DNA of 37,967 nucleotides from Clostridia bacterium. Its GTDB lineage: Bacteria > Bacillota > Clostridia > DUPQ01. This document shows, one piece after another, positions 29,199 to 37,967 of the stretch; the stretch's first letter is position 1; each line of letters opens with the position of its first letter. A model generated the notes under the pieces. That model was given only the letters and a program-made list of their open reading frames with translations. It ran no database searches and was not told the origin of the DNA. The translations under genes were made by a program, and so were the position numbers. The stretch is from the NCBI GenBank assembly GCA_030590175.1, contig JAUUZE010000003.1, positions 1-37,967 of the forward strand, in the 5' to 3' direction.

Positions 29199-29552
29199 AT
29201 GAGAAAATTAATTATAAGATCAGCAGTATATTTTACAGTTCTTTTTGTCCTTAGCTTAATATTAAAACGATTTAATGTTACAACACCTGCGATTTTAATA
29301 GGCGGAGCAGTAGTATTAGCATTGTTTAACACAATACTACGACCACTACTTAATTTATTGGCACTACCTATTAATATTTTGACATTGGGAATTGGTGTAA
29401 TATTTGTAAATATTTTGACTTTGTTAATTACAGATGGAATATTTGATAAAATCACAATTAGTGGATTTTGGGTTTACACACTGATTGCCATATCGATAAT
29501 GATGGCTGATGGATTTATTAGGCATAGAAGAATAGAAGAGAAGCTGTCTTAG
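29199..29552 (+). CDS. YvlD-like 4-TM membrane protein (phage holin superfamily IV)
   Basis: NTILRPLLNLLALPINILTLG...VN, ISGFW. Confidence 0.85.
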   Translation: MRKLIIRSAVYFTVLFVLSLILKRFNVTTPAILIGGAVVLALFNTILRPLLNLLALPINILTLGIGVIFVNILTLLITDGIFDKITISGFWVYTLIAISIMMADGFIRHRRIEEKLS

Positions 29553-29566
29553 AACAGCTTCTTTTT
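29539..29566. terminator. Bidirectional hairpin embedded in two convergent CDS ends
   Basis: AGAAGCTGT-CTTAGA-ACAGCTTCT-TTTT. Confidence 0.65.
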
Positions 29567-30802
29567 AAATGCATTTTTAATTGTGTCATCAATACCTTTC
29601 TTAAAAGGTCCTCTAAATCCTGAATAAGTAGGTGCATCAATACCTTCGTAACCACCTTCATCAATAATCTTATCTGATGGTATGTAGGTTAGGGCTTCAT
29701 GATAACCTAAGAAAATAATATCTTTATCCTTAAACACTTCTTTAACTAATAATTTAACTTCATAGCATATTTCTCCACCCATATATACTATATATAAATC
29801 ATCTGTCATTTTAATAAAACCTGAATGAATAGTTACATTATCATCTTGTTCATCAAAATGTTCTAAAAGATCAGCTATTACAGAAGTAATATAACCAGAA
29901 ACTTGGGTTAGACGTTTTTTAAAAAATTCTTTATCAAGTGGTTGTATTTTAGCGTTAATGGGGAAAGCACATCCTTTGAAAATAGGGAAAATTTCTTTGT
30001 ATTGGCTATTAATAATCAACTTGTTGATTGTATTTTCTATGGATTTTGCAAACTCATCAACCTCATTAAAAGTACAAGGTTTAAAGCGTTCGTAGTTTGC
30101 AGTTATTTTAGGTCGCATATTTCCTGCAGCTCCTTGTAAAAAGAAACAAGTGGATCCATAATATTTTGCTTCAATTAACTGATTAACTCTACCTGGAAAT
30201 TCAGAGGAAAGATGAAGTGTACCTGCTAAAGTTACAGGGTGACACGAGTAATTGTATACAACACCTTTAATGTTTTTTTGACTATCTTTAATTATTAATA
30301 CACTGACCTCATCATCTGTGATTCCTTCATAATTAGGAGCAAGTTTAATTCCATCAGGTGTAACTCGTCGTCTATTAATATTCCATCTACCACTTGTTAC
30401 ACCATAATATATTGTTCCTTCTTGTATATTAATAAAAGTTCTGTCAATACATAGAAGGGTTCGCTCAAGATAATAACTTTCTAATGGTGATTCATCGAAA
30501 CGTTCTGTGTGTGAAGAAACCTTAGGTCCAGCATGTGTATGGGAATAGGAAATAATAATCTGTTCTTTAGTAATTTTATATTTTGATTGTAAATAATCAA
30601 ATATTTTTTCATTAAAAGGATAGTTATAATGAAGAAGATCAAAAGCTATAACAAATAACTTAGTTTCATTACTATCAATATATAAACATTTAACATAAAA
30701 ATCATCGTGTATAGTTAAAAATTCTTCTTCTCTAGAGGCATAGCCTGACATGGTTGTTTTTTTATATGGAGTAATTAACTCTCTAGCAATAGCAAATTTC
30801 AT
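29549..30802 (-). CDS. Neutral/alkaline ceramidase-like amidohydrolase
   Basis: ITP..MSGY, HDD, SHTHAGP, NRR, NYSCHP, QGAAGN, YIP...GGYE. Confidence 0.8.
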   Translation of the reverse strand: MKFAIARELITPYKKTTMSGYASREEEFLTIHDDFYVKCLYIDSNETKLFVIAFDLLHYNYPFNEKIFDYLQSKYKITKEQIIISYSHTHAGPKVSSHTERFDESPLESYYLERTLLCIDRTFINIQEGTIYYGVTSGRWNINRRRVTPDGIKLAPNYEGITDDEVSVLIIKDSQKNIKGVVYNYSCHPVTLAGTLHLSSEFPGRVNQLIEAKYYGSTCFFLQGAAGNMRPKITANYERFKPCTFNEVDEFAKSIENTINKLIINSQYKEIFPIFKGCAFPINAKIQPLDKEFFKKRLTQVSGYITSVIADLLEHFDEQDDNVTIHSGFIKMTDDLYIVYMGGEICYEVKLLVKEVFKDKDIIFLGYHEALTYIPSDKIIDEGGYEGIDAPTYSGFRGPFKKGIDDTIKNAFKKKLF

Positions 30803-30886
30803 AGTTTTAAATTTCCTTTCATTGTTATTTTTATTTTAGCAAATATTTGTTATATAATATATATAAATATATAAAAGGAGTTTAAA

Positions 30887-31207
30887 ATGATTACAACAAC
30901 GACACCAAGCATTGAGGGAAAGAATATTATTGAGTATAAAGGAATTGTTTTTGGAGAAGTAATAAATGGAGTAGATTTTATAAAAGATTTTGCAGCAGGT
31001 ATTACTAATTTCCTTGGTGGACGAAGTGGCTCTTATGAAGGAGAACTAATTGACGCTAGAAAAAATGCAATAAGAGAAATGGAACAGCGAGCTATTAATT
31101 TAGGTGCTAATGCTATTGTATCTGTAGATATTGATTATGAAGTTCTTGGTCAAAGTAATAATATGTTAATGGTCACAGCATCTGGAACAGCGGTTATAGT
31201 GAAATAA
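30887..31207 (+). CDS. ybjQ: UPF0145 (YbjQ) family protein
   Basis: [33 protein letters not shown]. Confidence 0.92.
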   Translation: MITTTTPSIEGKNIIEYKGIVFGEVINGVDFIKDFAAGITNFLGGRSGSYEGELIDARKNAIREMEQRAINLGANAIVSVDIDYEVLGQSNNMLMVTASGTAVIVK

Positions 31208-31213
31208 TATCAG

Positions 31214-31243
31214 TTGAACTATAGAGACAATATGTGTTATACT
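31214..31243 (+). promoter_or_regulatory. Promoter of pheST leader
   Basis: TTGAAC, 18 bp spacer, TG-T-TATACT. Confidence 0.6.
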
Positions 31244-31254
31244 ATTTTACAGTA

Positions 31255-31490
31255 AAATGCGATGAATAAGACAAGTAATATCTAACGACTATTAAGGGAA
31301 TTAATACATTTACTGAGAGTATTAAATAGATCGATTTATGAACATTCACTTAGGAGCAAATGTCACTGAAATAATGTAGGGGACATCGTAATAAGACACG
31401 ATATAGTCTGTTAAGAAGTCAATTTATTGAAAATTGGGTGGTACCGCGGAGAATCCCTTCGTCCCTTGCTGGATGGAGGGTTTTTATATT
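31255..31490 (+). ncRNA. T-box riboswitch, Phe (UUC specifier)
   Basis: Stem I motifs (GCGATGA, AGTAA, AGGGA, CTGAGAG, GAACA-TTC-A with TTC at 31345-31347, GGAGC); T-box AATTGGGTGGTACCGCG at 31432-31448; terminator CCCTTCGTCC/GGATGGAGGG-TTTTT at 31455-31485. Confidence 0.95.
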
Positions 31491-31510
31491 TTTTTAAAGG
31501 AGTTTCTATT

Positions 31511-32530
31511 ATGAAACAACAACTACAAAACATATTACATCAAGTTACACTACAAGCAAGTGATGTAAAAAGTTTACAGGATATTGAGCAATTACGCATC
31601 AAGTTCTTAGGGAAAAAAGGAGAATTGACAACTGTTTTGCGTGGTATGGGAGCTTTGTCCAAAGAGGAACGACCTATTATTGGAAAACTAGCTAATGAGG
31701 TTAGAACCAATATAGAAAGCTTAATAAAGCAGGCAAATGACAAATTAGTTTCAATTGAAAAAGAAATTACACTAAAAAAAGAAAAGCTAGATGTTACTAT
31801 GCCTGGGAAAATATATGAAATAGGTAAAAAACATCCTCTTACTTTAGTAATTGAAGAAGTTGAAAATGTTTTTTTAGGATTAGGTTATCAAATTGCAGAA
31901 GGACCCGAAATTGAACTTGTACATTATAACTTTGAAGCATTAAACATCCATGAAGGTCATCCTGCTAGAGATGAACAGGATACTTTTTACATTCAACCAG
32001 ATGTTGTGCTTAGAACACAAACATCACCTGTTCAAATTAGGGTAATGGAAAATTCACAACCACCAATTAAAATCATATGTCCAGGTAGAGTGTATCGTTC
32101 AGATGCTGTAGATGCCACGCATTCACCTGTTTTTCATCAAATTGAAGGATTAGTAGTTGACAAAGGAATTACTATGGGAGACTTACGTGGGACGCTGGAG
32201 GTGTTTGCAAAAAGCATGTTTGGTGAAGACACAAATATTCGTTTTAGACCACATCACTTCCCATTTACTGAACCTAGTGCAGAAGTAGACGTTTCTTGTT
32301 GGAATTGTAATGGTGAAGGCTGCAAGGTATGTAAGGGTGAAGGCTGGGTTGAAATCTTAGGTGCTGGTATGGTACATCCAAAGGTTTTAAAAAACTGTGG
32401 TATCGATCCTGAAATATACAGTGGGTTTGCATTTGGTTTAGGCGTTGAGAGAACAGCCATGGGGCGTTTTGGCATTGATGATTTACGACTGTTATATGAA
32501 AATGACGTTCGTTTCTTAAAACAGTTTTAG
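31511..32530 (+). CDS. pheS: Phenylalanyl-tRNA synthetase alpha subunit
   Basis: [38 protein letters not shown]; ATG 31511 after AAGGAG. Confidence 0.98.
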   Translation: MKQQLQNILHQVTLQASDVKSLQDIEQLRIKFLGKKGELTTVLRGMGALSKEERPIIGKLANEVRTNIESLIKQANDKLVSIEKEITLKKEKLDVTMPGKIYEIGKKHPLTLVIEEVENVFLGLGYQIAEGPEIELVHYNFEALNIHEGHPARDEQDTFYIQPDVVLRTQTSPVQIRVMENSQPPIKIICPGRVYRSDAVDATHSPVFHQIEGLVVDKGITMGDLRGTLEVFAKSMFGEDTNIRFRPHHFPFTEPSAEVDVSCWNCNGEGCKVCKGEGWVEILGAGMVHPKVLKNCGIDPEIYSGFAFGLGVERTAMGRFGIDDLRLLYENDVRFLKQF

Positions 32531-32539
32531 GAGGATAAC

Positions 32540-34924
32540 ATGAAAGTACCTATTAGTTGGTTAGCAGACTATGTAAAAATAGAAGAAAATATAAAAAATT
32601 ATAGTGAAATGATGACTATGTCAGGCTCTAAAGTAGAAGGCTATGAAAAACCATTTCACGAAATTACAAATGTTGTAACAGGTAAGATAACTGAGGTAGC
32701 TTCCCATCCAGATGCAGATAAATTAATTGTCACAAAGGTGGATGTTGGAGAAGAAATAGTACAAATTGTAACTGGGGCTAAAAATGTTTCTAAAGGAGAC
32801 ATTATTCCAATTGCACTAGATAATTCCACATTACCAAATGGAGTAATTATTACAAAAGGAAATTTACGTGGCGTGCAATCAAATGGAATGATGTGTTCAA
32901 TTGCTGAACTTAATCTAACAAAAAATGATTTCCCAACTGCTAGTGAAGATGGAATATTTATTTTACCTAAAAACACACCATTAGGAGTTGATATTAAAGA
33001 AATATTAGGATTAGATGATACAGTAGTTGAATTTGAAATTACACCTAATAGACCTGATTGCTTATCTATTATTGGTTTAGCAAGAGAATCAGCTGTAACA
33101 ATTGGAAAGAAATTTGTAGTACCTAATGTTTCTCTTCAGGAGAAAGGTAAGGGAACAGCCACAGACTATGTAAAAGTAACTATTGAAGATTATGATTTGT
33201 GTAAACGATATGCAGGGAAAATTGTAACAGATGTTTTGATAAAAGAATCACCATTATGGATGAGAAAACGTTTACGGGATGCAGGAGTTAGACCTATAAA
33301 TAACATTGTTGATATTACTAATTATGTAATGTTAGAATATGGACAACCAATGCATGCTTTTGATTTAAATTATTTACAAGAAAAAAATATTATTATAAGA
33401 CGAGCAAAAAAAGGCGAGATTATTCATACTCTTGATGATCAAGAAAGAATGCTAAATAACCAAAATTTAGTTATTGCAGATGGTGATAAAGCTATTGCAG
33501 TAGCCGGAGTTATGGGTGGAGCTAATTCAGAAGTAAATAATGATACAACCAAAATATTATTTGAATCAGCAAACTTTGATGGAGTATCTGTTAGACTAAC
33601 TGCTAAACAGTTAGGTTTACGAACTGAATCATCAGCTAGATTTGAAAAAGGACTAGATCCACACAATGCAAAACCTGCTTTATTAAGAGCTTGTGAGCTT
33701 GTTGAAAAACTAGGTGCTGGTAAAGTTGTTCCTGGTATTATTGACTGTCATAGTGAGTTACCAACAAAAAACATAATACCATTTAGACCTAAAAAAATGA
33801 ATGAATTTTTAGGAACATCTATTGAAGAGAAAACTATGGTTGATATTTTAACTTCTCTGGAATTTGAAGTAAATATGGAGAAAATGGAAATTGCTGTTCC
33901 ATCTTTTAGACCTGATGTGGAAGCTTGGGCAGATATTTCAGAAGAAGTAGTTCGCTTTTATGGATATAATAATATTAAAGCATCCTTACAATCAGGTAAC
34001 CGAGCAACACAAGGAATAAAAACCTATGAACAGCGAATTAGAGATACCATAAGAGAAGCTATGTTAGCCATGGGATTAATGGAAATTTATACTTATTCAT
34101 TTACCTCACGAAAAGTATTTGATAAATTATTATTAAAAGATGATTCACCATTACGAGAGACTGTGGTTATTACTAATCCATTAGGAGAAGATTTCAAAAT
34201 TATGAGAACTACTACCATTCCTGAAATGCTACAGGTTATTTCACATAACTTTAATCGTCGTATTCCACAAGCTGGATTTTTTGAGACATCAAAAACCTAT
34301 CATCCTATAAAAGGGGAAAAATTACCAAATGAAAAAAATGTACTAACTATAGGATTGTATGGAGATTATGATTTTTATGCAATAAAAGGAATTGTTGAAA
34401 AATTAGTTGATACATTAGATATTCCTGATGTTAAATATGTAATAGATAGTAATAATCCAAGTTATCATCCAGGTCGTTGTGCACTTATAACTGTTAATGG
34501 AAACACCATAGGTACAATTGGTGAAATACACCCTGATGTAGCTGATAATTTTGAAACACCTAAGAGAAGCTATATTGGTGAATTGGATATTGAAAAACTA
34601 TATAAATTAACAAATGTTTTAAAAAGTTATAAAGGATTACCTAAATATCCTGAAGTAGATAGAGACTTAGCAATGGTAGTTGATGAAGAGATTATTGCAT
34701 ATGATATAGAGCAAGTTATCAAGAACAGTGGAGGAGACTTGTTACAAAAAGTTACATTATTTGATGTTTATAGAGGAGAGCAAGTGGGAGAAAACAAAAA
34801 AAGTATGGCCTATGCATTATCCTTTAGAGCTGATGATCGTACACTTACTGATGAAGAAGTTAACAAAGCAGTCACAGAGATACTATCAAAACTAGATAGT
34901 GAAATAGGAGCGATATTACGCTAA
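32540..34924 (+). CDS. pheT: Phenylalanyl-tRNA synthetase beta subunit
   Basis: HPDADKL, TPNRPDCLS, GQPMHAFD, RFEKG, HPGR, RTLTDEEV. Confidence 0.98.
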   Translation: MKVPISWLADYVKIEENIKNYSEMMTMSGSKVEGYEKPFHEITNVVTGKITEVASHPDADKLIVTKVDVGEEIVQIVTGAKNVSKGDIIPIALDNSTLPNGVIITKGNLRGVQSNGMMCSIAELNLTKNDFPTASEDGIFILPKNTPLGVDIKEILGLDDTVVEFEITPNRPDCLSIIGLARESAVTIGKKFVVPNVSLQEKGKGTATDYVKVTIEDYDLCKRYAGKIVTDVLIKESPLWMRKRLRDAGVRPINNIVDITNYVMLEYGQPMHAFDLNYLQEKNIIIRRAKKGEIIHTLDDQERMLNNQNLVIADGDKAIAVAGVMGGANSEVNNDTTKILFESANFDGVSVRLTAKQLGLRTESSARFEKGLDPHNAKPALLRACELVEKLGAGKVVPGIIDCHSELPTKNIIPFRPKKMNEFLGTSIEEKTMVDILTSLEFEVNMEKMEIAVPSFRPDVEAWADISEEVVRFYGYNNIKASLQSGNRATQGIKTYEQRIRDTIREAMLAMGLMEIYTYSFTSRKVFDKLLLKDDSPLRETVVITNPLGEDFKIMRTTTIPEMLQVISHNFNRRIPQAGFFETSKTYHPIKGEKLPNEKNVLTIGLYGDYDFYAIKGIVEKLVDTLDIPDVKYVIDSNNPSYHPGRCALITVNGNTIGTIGEIHPDVADNFETPKRSYIGELDIEKLYKLTNVLKSYKGLPKYPEVDRDLAMVVDEEIIAYDIEQVIKNSGGDLLQKVTLFDVYRGEQVGENKKSMAYALSFRADDRTLTDEEVNKAVTEILSKLDSEIGAILR

Positions 34925-35307
34925 TGAAAGAAATATATGAAAGGTTTTCTAAAGATCGTTTTTCCAAGCTTTGTGGGATTATTATTGATGACATCCAATT
35001 AGGATATGCAAAAACATCAGTAATGGTAAAAGAACAGCATTTAAACGGTGTAGATATTACACAAGGTGGATTAGTATATACTCTTGCAGATGTGGCTTTT
35101 GCTTGTGCATCAAACTCCTATGGACCTATAGCTGTAGGATTAACTACTAATTTTTCATTTTTAAAATCTACTACAGCAGGACATGAACTAACAGCCATTG
35201 CTAAAGTTGATTCACTAACAAGAAAAACTTGTACAGTTACAGTAGAAGTTTTTCAACAAGATGAATTAATTGCTAAAATGTTAGGGACAGCTTATGTCAA
35301 AGGATGA
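34924..35307 (+). CDS. paaI: PaaI family hotdog thioesterase
   Basis: HLNG..TQGGLVYTLADVAFACASN. Confidence 0.85.
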   Translation: MKEIYERFSKDRFSKLCGIIIDDIQLGYAKTSVMVKEQHLNGVDITQGGLVYTLADVAFACASNSYGPIAVGLTTNFSFLKSTTAGHELTAIAKVDSLTRKTCTVTVEVFQQDELIAKMLGTAYVKG

Positions 35308-36214
35308 AAAATATAAGCTTACACTAGTTCATGAGCATCCTGTTATTGACGATCCTAAAGGCCATATTAGAATGGTGGCAGGCTATCGTGATTTAAATGG
35401 GATGTATCATGTATTTTGTGATTTTATTGATTATTCTTTTCACACAATTCATTCTTGGCAAGCTTCAATTAAATATTATAAAGGTAAGAGTTTAACTAAT
35501 TTGTATGATCAGGGAATATTAATTTCATCAAATGATTATGGCGTTGGTTCACCTGGAGTAGTAGTTTATCAAAAAAAAGTCTATCTTTTTTATTCTAATC
35601 ATAAAATATATGGAGATACTTCTGTATTTAATGGATATTCTAAACCAGGGGAAACAGGGTATGTTAGTTCAGATATTCATGTAAATATTTATAAAACAGA
35701 TAAACAGTTAGCAATTGATACAACCTCTAATGAACATTTTGAAGTTCTTAATAGAGATAATGGCTGGAAATCAATGAGAGTTGATGATCCAAGTCCTATT
35801 ATTATTGATAACCAATTGATTGTTTATTATAAAGGATTTGATGATAATCGTGATAAAAGCCATATACAAGTTGGGGTAGGTACTTTTTTGAATAATCACT
35901 TAATAGAACAGGGGATTATTTTATCATCGACATATGGTTTTGAAATGCCTCGTCCATTTATAAAAGATGGGAAAAAACAGTTGTTTGTAAGAAATTTCAG
36001 TCACGATATTAGTTCGTGGAGTCATTATATTTTTAGAAATAATAAGTATATTCTTCATGACAATCAATTTTTTTATGGCCATCCTAATTCAAAGGCAATG
36101 GATGTTAGTTTCATTTGTGATACCTTTGGAAATCTAACAGGTGATGTGTTGGCTTGTGGAACTAATAACAACCAATTAAAACAATGGGCTTATAGTTTGT
36201 CTATCAAATCATAA
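35294..36214 (+). CDS. Probable five-bladed beta-propeller glycoside hydrolase (GH43/GH117-like)
   Basis: SPGVV..YLFYS, RVDDPSPI..YYKG, EMP blade motifs. Confidence 0.6.
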   Translation: MSKDEKYKLTLVHEHPVIDDPKGHIRMVAGYRDLNGMYHVFCDFIDYSFHTIHSWQASIKYYKGKSLTNLYDQGILISSNDYGVGSPGVVVYQKKVYLFYSNHKIYGDTSVFNGYSKPGETGYVSSDIHVNIYKTDKQLAIDTTSNEHFEVLNRDNGWKSMRVDDPSPIIIDNQLIVYYKGFDDNRDKSHIQVGVGTFLNNHLIEQGIILSSTYGFEMPRPFIKDGKKQLFVRNFSHDISSWSHYIFRNNKYILHDNQFFYGHPNSKAMDVSFICDTFGNLTGDVLACGTNNNQLKQWAYSLSIKS

Positions 36215-36238
36215 TATGGTACTATTTTAGTAATAGAG

Positions 36239-37576
36239 GTGGGTATATTGAGTAGTATCTATAGTACATTTTATAATGATGGGAAATTGCTAATCTTTGC
36301 ATTACTCATGTTTTCTATGTTTTTAACTGTATATGTTACTGTAATTATTTTAACAAATCTTCGTCAAAATAAATTAATATATCCATATATGATGTATCAA
36401 TCGATTGCATTTATTGTCCAATTTTTTACATTGATGAAATTATTAGCAATGCCTGAGCAATTTATCTTCTTAACAAGAATTAGTGCAATAATGTCAGTTT
36501 ACCTTGAAAGTTTATTCTTAATATTAATATTTTCACTTGTTCTGGAAAAAACACCATCTTTACCATTTATGCTTTCAATGATTGCAATACCTTTTGTTCT
36601 TATGAATATTATTATAATTGAACCCACATCACTTTTGACAAGTACAGTACCTTATCAAATTAATTATGGCTTAATTTATTATGCTAAAGGGATTTTTCAA
36701 TATGTGGTAGCTTTTATTTCATTAATAATTGTATATGTGTTCATCTATAGGATAAAAGGAAAACTAGAAATTAAAGATATATGGCTATCTTTGTTGATTT
36801 TATTACCTATATGTTTTGATATTTATTCAAGCTTTTTTAAAAATGGTGCGTATGAAGAAGTTTTGTATTTTCTGCTTTTTACAAAACAGTTAATTCTATT
36901 ATATACAATTTCACAAAAATGGGCTTTTAAAATGATTGGAAATATTCAAAAAAATACTTTAAATATTATTAGTGGTGGTGTAATAATTGTTAATAATTAT
37001 GGTACAATAGTTTATTCAAATGGAAATGGTTTGTTAGGAAAAATCCAATCTGTAGAAAGTGAAAACCAGTTAAAAGTTGAATTAAATAAACAGCTTCTTG
37101 AACCATCACTTTCTCTTGAGGGATTAACTTTTTCATTAGTTGATGAAAATATTCAATTTGATTTTCAAACAAAAGATTATTTGTATTATTTGTGTTCAGT
37201 TAACAAACTGCTTGGTGAAAGAAATACAGTAGTAGGAGTTATTGTTTCATTCACTGACATTACAGAGTATAAATTGTTGATTGAAGAGCTTACAGAAAAG
37301 AATTTAAATCTTGATAAAGCAAATACAGAACTAGAAAATCAAGAAATAATAATTAGAAATATAAGTAAAATGAAAAAACAGGAGAAAATTTCTCAAGATA
37401 TAAGAGATTTATTAGCGAATACTATGACACAGATACTAACTAGTTTGGAAGCTAGCGAGATACTAATATCTTTAGATAAAGAAAAGGCAAAAGCATCACT
37501 AGAAGATGTTATGAATTTAGCTACAGAATATTTAGCTAAAGTACGAAAAATGGTATCTAGTCTTAAAGAATGGTAG
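36239..37576 (+). CDS. 7TM sensor with PAS-like region and degenerate HisKA_3 domain (no His, no HATPase)
   Basis: About 7 N-terminal TM segments, GVIIVN..G.IVYSN...FTDITE, coiled coil, EKISQDIRDLLAN...VRKMVSSLK then stop. Confidence 0.75.
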   Translation: MGILSSIYSTFYNDGKLLIFALLMFSMFLTVYVTVIILTNLRQNKLIYPYMMYQSIAFIVQFFTLMKLLAMPEQFIFLTRISAIMSVYLESLFLILIFSLVLEKTPSLPFMLSMIAIPFVLMNIIIIEPTSLLTSTVPYQINYGLIYYAKGIFQYVVAFISLIIVYVFIYRIKGKLEIKDIWLSLLILLPICFDIYSSFFKNGAYEEVLYFLLFTKQLILLYTISQKWAFKMIGNIQKNTLNIISGGVIIVNNYGTIVYSNGNGLLGKIQSVESENQLKVELNKQLLEPSLSLEGLTFSLVDENIQFDFQTKDYLYYLCSVNKLLGERNTVVGVIVSFTDITEYKLLIEELTEKNLNLDKANTELENQEIIIRNISKMKKQEKISQDIRDLLANTMTQILTSLEASEILISLDKEKAKASLEDVMNLATEYLAKVRKMVSSLKEW

Positions 37577-37586
37577 GAGGAAAGAA

Positions 37587-37967
37587 ATGATAAAAATAGT
37601 TATTGTAGATGACCATGTTTTATTACTTGAAAGTTTAAAAACTTTTATTGAGCAAAATGAAGAGTACAGAATAGTTGGTGAGGCTAAAAATGGTATTGAA
37701 GCTATTGAAGTATGTAAAAAAGTGTATCCTGATGTTGTATTGATGGATGTGAAAATGCCAGAATTAGATGGTATTAAAGCCGCCAAAGAATTGAAACGAG
37801 AATTTCCACGTATTAAAATTATTATTCTAACCTCATATGAAGATAATGAAAGTATTTTTGAAGCTTTTGCTATGGGAGTCGATGGATACTTACTTAAAAA
37901 TACTAACCCAAAAGATTTGATGGAAGCCATCAGATTGACTGTAAATGGATTATGTGTAATTCAGCGG
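37587..37967 (+). CDS. NarL/LuxR-type response regulator, receiver domain (3'-truncated; not in ORF track)
   Basis: AGGAGG RBS; MIKIVIVDDH, PDVVLMDVKMPELDG, ILTSY, GYLLK. Confidence 0.93.
   Translation, partial: MIKIVIVDDHVLLLESLKTFIEQNEEYRIVGEAKNGIEAIEVCKKVYPDVVLMDVKMPELDGIKAAKELKREFPRIKIIILTSYEDNESIFEAFAMGVDGYLLKNTNPKDLMEAIRLTVNGLCVIQR

Noticed and set aside
29199-29552. Prophage lysis gene
   Set aside because: YvlD-type holin-family proteins are common chromosomal genes; no endolysin, integrase or phage structural genes nearby
31427-31510. 28-aa N-terminal extension of PheS
   Set aside because: This is the T-box antiterminator/terminator read in frame; the real start is ATG 31511
32297-32332. 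CxxCxGxGCxxC motif in PheS as a novelty
   Set aside because: Common insertion in Firmicute PheS
302-33666. Numerous short antisense or nested ORFs in the ORF track (e.g. 535-837, 6771-7151, 25395-25760, 26433-26927, 32656-32976)
   Set aside because: They overlap well-supported genes or promoters and show no recognisable motifs
37382-37586. Frameshifted or read-through histidine kinase
   Set aside because: No HATPase N, G1 or G2 boxes follow; the regulator starts 10 bp after the stop
37532-37930. 132-aa minus-strand ORF
   Set aside because: Antisense shadow of the response regulator

Overview
AT-rich (roughly 30% GC by eye) chromosomal window from an anaerobic Firmicute-like bacterium (genetic code 11, sigma-A promoters, T-box). 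It opens with the 3' end of valS. Next is a complete 13-gene Mbx/MBS-type (complex I/Mrp-related) membrane complex. Its catalytic subunit lacks a NiFe site but keeps the two sulfane-reductase cysteines, and its NuoI-like subunit is fused to a GltD/NfnB-like flavoprotein. Its promoter carries a Rex-like box and a long palindrome. A salvage-type gene run follows (M14 peptidase, M19 dipeptidase, nadE, mtnA, pxpABC), then a Zn-ribbon heparinase II/III-like lyase with a GH78 rhamnosidase, a ZIP transporter, acyl-ACP thioesterase and serA. After that come a DUF2089/SHOCT/YvlD Psp-like envelope-stress operon (with an unannotated 41-aa Cys peptide and a tandem-repeat candidate operator), a ceramidase-like gene, ybjQ, and a Phe T-box pheST-paaI-propeller unit. 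The window ends with a His-less, ATPase-less HisKA_3 sensor upstream of a NarL-type regulator. No mobile elements, CRISPR arrays, tRNA or rRNA genes were seen. All family calls come from motif recognition by eye, not database searches.
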